Positions 59,826-64,000 of a DNA stretch of 64,000 nucleotides are shown here, piece after piece. Source of the stretch: Candidatus Poribacteria bacterium. Lineage in GTDB: Bacteria > Poribacteria > WGA-4E > WGA-3G. Both the position numbers and the translations under genes were made by a program. The notes under the pieces are model-generated. The model saw only the letters and a program-made list of their open reading frames with translations, searched no databases and was not told the DNA's origin. Each line of letters starts with the position of its first letter. Within the stretch, counting starts at the first letter, position 1. The stretch spans positions 288,001 to 352,000 of the forward strand of contig CAXXUA010000004.1 in assembly GCA_963663765.2 (NCBI GenBank), written 5' to 3'.

Positions 59826-62800
59826 TATTTACCCTTTTCACAGTTAGTACCCCATACGCTACCAGTTTTGCAGTAATATCTGCCTTTTCCGTGCCCTTCT
59901 CCAATTCCTGAATGCGTCGATTGTAATCAATCTCAGCTTTAGCAATTTCTTGTCGGCGCATCCGTTGAATGTTGGGATCAGGCACGTCCACAATTTGCTT
60001 TTCAAGCAGTGTTATCCGTTTCTGGTGACTCGTTGATAGACTTTCCTTTTGATATTCAACAGTCTCCAGGATTTCTTCTCTATGCTTCATACGTGCTTCA
60101 GTCCATAGGGAGTGGTGCCGTTCTTCCAACGCTTTCTGATCGGTTAAACTCACATCTTCACCTATATCGTTATCCTCAGCTGTTTCCAGTAAAGGACAGA
60201 GATGTGGTGTCAACACATTTGATGACGTGATCGGCATTAGAACCCAATCCTCTCTATTGCCGAGATACTCCCATTTGTAGATAGCAAATTGATAACGACC
60301 TGTTGGGACTTGATTCGTCCTAACCTTAAGCGTTACAACGATTTCTGTTGCTTTGTCCAATACTGCTGATGCCTGTTTTATCAGTGGATGAATAGGCATG
60401 ATAAACACCGCTTTAGGATGCTGCGTAGCACTTTCCGCCTCAAACGTTATCGTTAAATGCTGCTCAGTTCCCTTCAACCAGTTCTCCCACTCACGATGGA
60501 TCTTTGTCCTTTCCCTTCGCAGTTGCTGAAAATCACGTAATAAAGTGTTGCGTGCATCTTCCGAAAGACGAAGCGTTTTGCGAGATTTTTCACCGAGTAT
60601 AAACTCATGCGCTGTACCAAGTTTCTGCTGAAGATAGTGTGTAACAAGTCGCTGGACTGATGCTGGAGACAACCAAAAACTTGATGCTTCTTCTACTTCT
60701 TTCTCTATTCTTTGTTCTTTCTCCTTCCTTTGATCAGGGAGTTGAAGACTAAAAAGGTCCAATTGTTGTGCTTCCAAGTTTTCTTGCTCTTGTAAAATTC
60801 GAATTTCGTTATCTTCCAACTGTTGTAGCTTAACTATTCGTTCCTTTTGGGTCAATTCAAAATCTTCGGCTATGTTTTGAAGTTCAGTTGTTATTTCACC
60901 AAGAATTTCTTCACTTCCACCCAATGCACTCTCAAATACACCGATACGCATTAAGCACCGTTCATAAATATCCGCATCCACAGTTTCGGGAGTTATCAAA
61001 TTGATAATAGTAACGCTCTCACTCATTTGTCCTCTCCTGTCAATACGACCAATGCGTTGTTCAATTTTCATTGGGTTCCAGGGCAGATCGTAGTTTACGA
61101 TGCAATCACAGAATTGGTAATCTAAACCCTCACATCCGACTTCTGAGAACAACATGATGTCAAGACAATCGCTTTCCGTTCTTAGTTTTTTGAATCGATC
61201 GCTGAGTTCGCGACGTTCCTCATCCGGTACGCCACCATGGATCATGCCGACGCGAACGTCATCCGCTTTGAGGTGTTTGTAAAGATACGCGAGTGTGTGT
61301 CGGAAACTGCTAAAAATCATGATTTTGTTATTAGGGAGGTTTTGCCTATCACGGACAATTTCTCGGAGTTTTTCCAATTTAGAATCCGCTCCATCAAGTT
61401 TTCTTACTTTTTCAAGAAGTGCGTGGAAATGTTCCCTGATTAGTGTGACAAACTCTGGGGGTGGGATCGCATCCGCAGCGTCAGCTTCTGTCCACTCAAG
61501 TTCGTCAAGGTTACGATTTAAAATGTCTTCAAGGAATGGTTTAAGTCCATATAGGCAACTTGCCAACTGCCGACGGAGGGTTGTCATCATGAAGTTAACC
61601 CTCTTATCACCGTGAAGAATACGGAATATTTCTGCTTTTGTTTCGAGTAGTGCCGCATGGATTTCTTCCTGTTCCGGTGTCTGTGACACTTCCACGGTCT
61701 GTGACTTACGAATGGTAAACTCACCAATATCGCGTCGGCGGGTTCTGTTGATAATTCCTGAAAGGGTGTGAAGTTCCTCCATATCTGTGATGAGTTGAAT
61801 CCGCTGTTCATGCGTGACTTGTCCTTCAGTAAGATGTCTTCTAATCCTTATGAAATCAGGATTTTTACTAAGGATCGCTTGTCCCCATGCGGTTGTAGCA
61901 GCTTTGTCAAGAGCCTTCTTTGCATCCTGTATCCAACCTTTTTTTTGTGCACGTGCAGCATCAACTGCCAGATTGATAGCCGAGTTTGGTTTCGACATGT
62001 GTTCAAAACTCTCCTGGTCCAAGATCAAATCAGGACGAAGAACATTTAACAATACGTATAAATCATGACTATCGAGTTGGATAGGCGTTGCAGTCAGAAA
62101 GACAGCTGCTTCTGCGTTTTCACAGAAAAAACGGACAGCTTCATGGTTAGCAGTATTCTGATTACGGATGTGGTGAGCTTCATCTACTATGACAAGGTCA
62201 AAATGTGGTGGCGGATTAAGATCTATAAGTCCTTGTCTACTCTTTCGCTTGCGACTAGCACCTGGACCGAAAAGGAGTGTCTTATCTAACAACGAATAGG
62301 GTAGAATTATTTTCTGGTATTGCTCCGACCATACGCCATCTAAATGCATCTCATTGATGCAGTATCGTAAGGTTTTTCCATCGAGATGCGTAAAATCTTC
62401 GTCGAATCGTTTCATCTCACGATACCACTTTTCCTCAGCAACCAGTGGACGCGGACACACAATTAGGACAGATTTAAGATCACCACGCGCCTGCAGTTCA
62501 CGTAAAATAAGACCTGCCTCAATCGTTTTCCCTACGCCGACACTATCGGCAATAAGCAACCTCGGACGATCAGACTTGATAAACTTCAGGACAGGTCGGT
62601 ACTGGTACGGAATAAAGTCAATACGTGCAGCATTGAGTGAATACAACGTTGATAAGGCCGGAGATCGGATTTGAAGCGCGGTGAGGTAAGCGTGAAATTC
62701 ATCACATGAAAGGCGTGGAGAGTCGTCTTCACCTTGAACCTCAATCTGTAACTGAGATGCGTAGAAGGTTTGAACATTGTTATCAACAAAAACTTTAACA

Positions 62801-62907
62801 CTATCTTCAGGAGTTCCCGAAATTATTTCAACTATTGCTCCCCGAACTGAGGGATTTGATTTCAAAGTTACAATTTGACCTGGAGTGGCATTTAGCTTTT
62901 TTTCCAT
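59815..62907 (-). CDS. SNF2-family (RapA/DrmD-like) helicase
   Basis: LIADSVGVGKT, DEAH, LTATP, EGLDYQ, YDLPWNPMKIEQRIGRIDR; SH3-like N-terminus; 11-bp overlap with the next gene. Start 62907 or 62913. Confidence 0.92.
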   Translation of the reverse strand: MEKKLNATPGQIVTLKSNPSVRGAIVEIISGTPEDSVKVFVDNNVQTFYASQLQIEVQGEDDSPRLSCDEFHAYLTALQIRSPALSTLYSLNAARIDFIPYQYRPVLKFIKSDRPRLLIADSVGVGKTIEAGLILRELQARGDLKSVLIVCPRPLVAEEKWYREMKRFDEDFTHLDGKTLRYCINEMHLDGVWSEQYQKIILPYSLLDKTLLFGPGASRKRKSRQGLIDLNPPPHFDLVIVDEAHHIRNQNTANHEAVRFFCENAEAAVFLTATPIQLDSHDLYVLLNVLRPDLILDQESFEHMSKPNSAINLAVDAARAQKKGWIQDAKKALDKAATTAWGQAILSKNPDFIRIRRHLTEGQVTHEQRIQLITDMEELHTLSGIINRTRRRDIGEFTIRKSQTVEVSQTPEQEEIHAALLETKAEIFRILHGDKRVNFMMTTLRRQLASCLYGLKPFLEDILNRNLDELEWTEADAADAIPPPEFVTLIREHFHALLEKVRKLDGADSKLEKLREIVRDRQNLPNNKIMIFSSFRHTLAYLYKHLKADDVRVGMIHGGVPDEERRELSDRFKKLRTESDCLDIMLFSEVGCEGLDYQFCDCIVNYDLPWNPMKIEQRIGRIDRRGQMSESVTIINLITPETVDADIYERCLMRIGVFESALGGSEEILGEITTELQNIAEDFELTQKERIVKLQQLEDNEIRILQEQENLEAQQLDLFSLQLPDQRKEKEQRIEKEVEEASSFWLSPASVQRLVTHYLQQKLGTAHEFILGEKSRKTLRLSEDARNTLLRDFQQLRRERTKIHREWENWLKGTEQHLTITFEAESATQHPKAVFIMPIHPLIKQASAVLDKATEIVVTLKVRTNQVPTGRYQFAIYKWEYLGNREDWVLMPITSSNVLTPHLCPLLETAEDNDIGEDVSLTDQKALEERHHSLWTEARMKHREEILETVEYQKESLSTSHQKRITLLEKQIVDVPDPNIQRMRRQEIAKAEIDYNRRIQELEKGTEKADITAKLVAYGVLTVKRVNNDD

Positions 62908-62931
62908 AGGCATTTTCCTCTTATTACAATC

Positions 62932-63036
62932 TATGGTAGATCTTAGAATTAATTGGACACTTAACATCAGCGAGGTTAGGAAACCTCGCCTACCGTGGGA
63001 GTAGTAAGTGTATAATTATTTCGATAATTCACCATA
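62932..63036. mobile_element. TA-bounded MITE-like element with about 32-bp imperfect TIRs and a REP hairpin
   Basis: tatggtagatcttagaattaattggacactta ... taagtgtataattatttcgataattcaccata; related ends near 26905, 34950 and 52085. Confidence 0.65.
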
Positions 63037-63051
63037 CGCGAACTTTTACCC

Positions 63052-63560
63052 CATAGGTGTCAACTTAAGAAAAAGTCAAGTGCTAAATACCCCATCCCGG
63101 TAGGCGTGCTTTGTAAGTGCGTCGATAAACACAGGATTGGCAACGGCGCGCTTACAACGCACGCCTGCAGTTGAGGGGCGCGCTTACAACGCACGCCTGC
63201 AGTTGAGGGGCGCGCTTACAACGCACGCCTGCAGTTGAGGGGCGCGCTTACAACGCACGCCTTGCAGTTGAGGGGCGCGCTTACAAAGCACGCCTGCAGT
63301 TGAGGGGGGCGCTTACAACGCACGCCTGCAGTTGAGGGGCGCGCTTACAAAGCACGCCTGCAGTTGAGGGGCGCGCTTACAAAGCACGCCTGCAGTTGAG
63401 GGGCGCGCTTACAACGCACGCCTGCAGTTGAGGGGCGCGCTTACAACGCACGCCTGCAGTTGAGGGGCGCGCTTACAACGCACGCCTACCTTGAGTGAGA
63501 AAATCGAGGTTTCAAGGTTTCCCTCTTACAATAATATGAATCGCTAAGTTGACACCTATG
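63052..63560. mobile_element. MITE (TIR CATAGGTGTCAACTTA) with 20-bp target duplication, containing a REP array
   Basis: ccatacgcgaacttttaccc at 63032-63051 and 63561-63580. Confidence 0.88.
63099..63489. repeat. REP array: one GTAG-forward REP, then 11 tandem 32-bp units
   Basis: gcgcgcttacaa(c/a)gcacgcctgcagttgaggg from 63146; last unit ends CTAC. Confidence 0.95.
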
Positions 63561-63574
63561 CCATACGCGAACTT

Positions 63575-64000
63575 TTACCCCTTAACAACACCAATCGGAC
63601 GGAGACGTGCAACGCGCCGAGAAAGTCCTGCTTCGTCAACAACGCGCACTACTTCATCAACATCCTTGTATGCCTCCGGAACCTCCTCTTGAAGCGTACG
63701 TTTGCCTTCTGCTCGAACGTAGATTCCACGTTTCTCAAGGTCTTTTTGAATAGAACGTCCCTCTGTCAATGCTATTGCTTTACGGCGTGACAGAACCCGA
63801 CCTGCGCCGTGGCATGTTGTTCCAAATGTCTCCGCCATTGCGCCAGGATTTCCAACAAGCACATAAGAAGCAGTCCCCATGTCACCAGGTATCAACACCG
63901 GTTGACCAACTTCCTGATACTTCTCCGGAATTTCAGGATGTCCAGCAGGAAACGCACGTGTGGCACCTTTACGATGGACAAACAGTTCGCGTTCCTCTCC
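63575..64000 (-). CDS. rtcB: RtcB RNA ligase, 3' part (5' end lies outside the window)
   Basis: HRKGATRAF, IPGDMG, CHGAGR, EEVPEAYKD, LRPIGVVKG. Confidence 0.96.
   Translation of the reverse strand, partial: GEERELFVHRKGATRAFPAGHPEIPEKYQEVGQPVLIPGDMGTASYVLVGNPGAMAETFGTTCHGAGRVLSRRKAIALTEGRSIQKDLEKRGIYVRAEGKRTLQEEVPEAYKDVDEVVRVVDEAGLSRRVARLRPIGVVKG

Noticed and set aside
59815-62907. DISARM, BREX, or housekeeping rapA
   Set aside because: No methylase, drmABC or pglZ adjacent; coupling to a GHKL-HNH gene argues against stand-alone RapA.

Overview
Bacterial chromosome segment, most likely Candidatus Poribacteria. This is inferred from the C-terminal 'V-x-P-x-x-K-L-A-T-x-W-G-x-L-K' motif and the abundance of WD40, ankyrin, PQQ-propeller and BNR-repeat genes. 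Housekeeping and metabolic genes: dapB, dapL, metH, phhB, the 3' end of rtcB, a GHMP-kinase/GalU fusion and several oxidoreductases. A protease-rich stretch holds two M16C PreP paralogs, an S55 peptidase and two near-identical metzincin-ankyrin genes. Two candidate uncharacterised systems stand out: (i) a minus-strand cluster of a 2-TM coiled-coil protein, two PspA/ESCRT-III-like proteins, an M49-like metallo-protein and an AAA+ ATPase (42419-50740); (ii) a translationally coupled SNF2 helicase plus sacsin-type GHKL ATPase/HNH-like protein, followed by a RelE toxin with an internally duplicated antitoxin (55315-62907). Intergenic DNA contains many non-autonomous mobile elements: at least six MITE families with readable TIRs or TSDs that nest in one another, three tandem REP arrays, and a 34-36 nt element that inserts next to CG without target duplication. 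No transposase, CRISPR-Cas, rRNA or tRNA gene was recognised. All family assignments are by motif recognition, not by database search.
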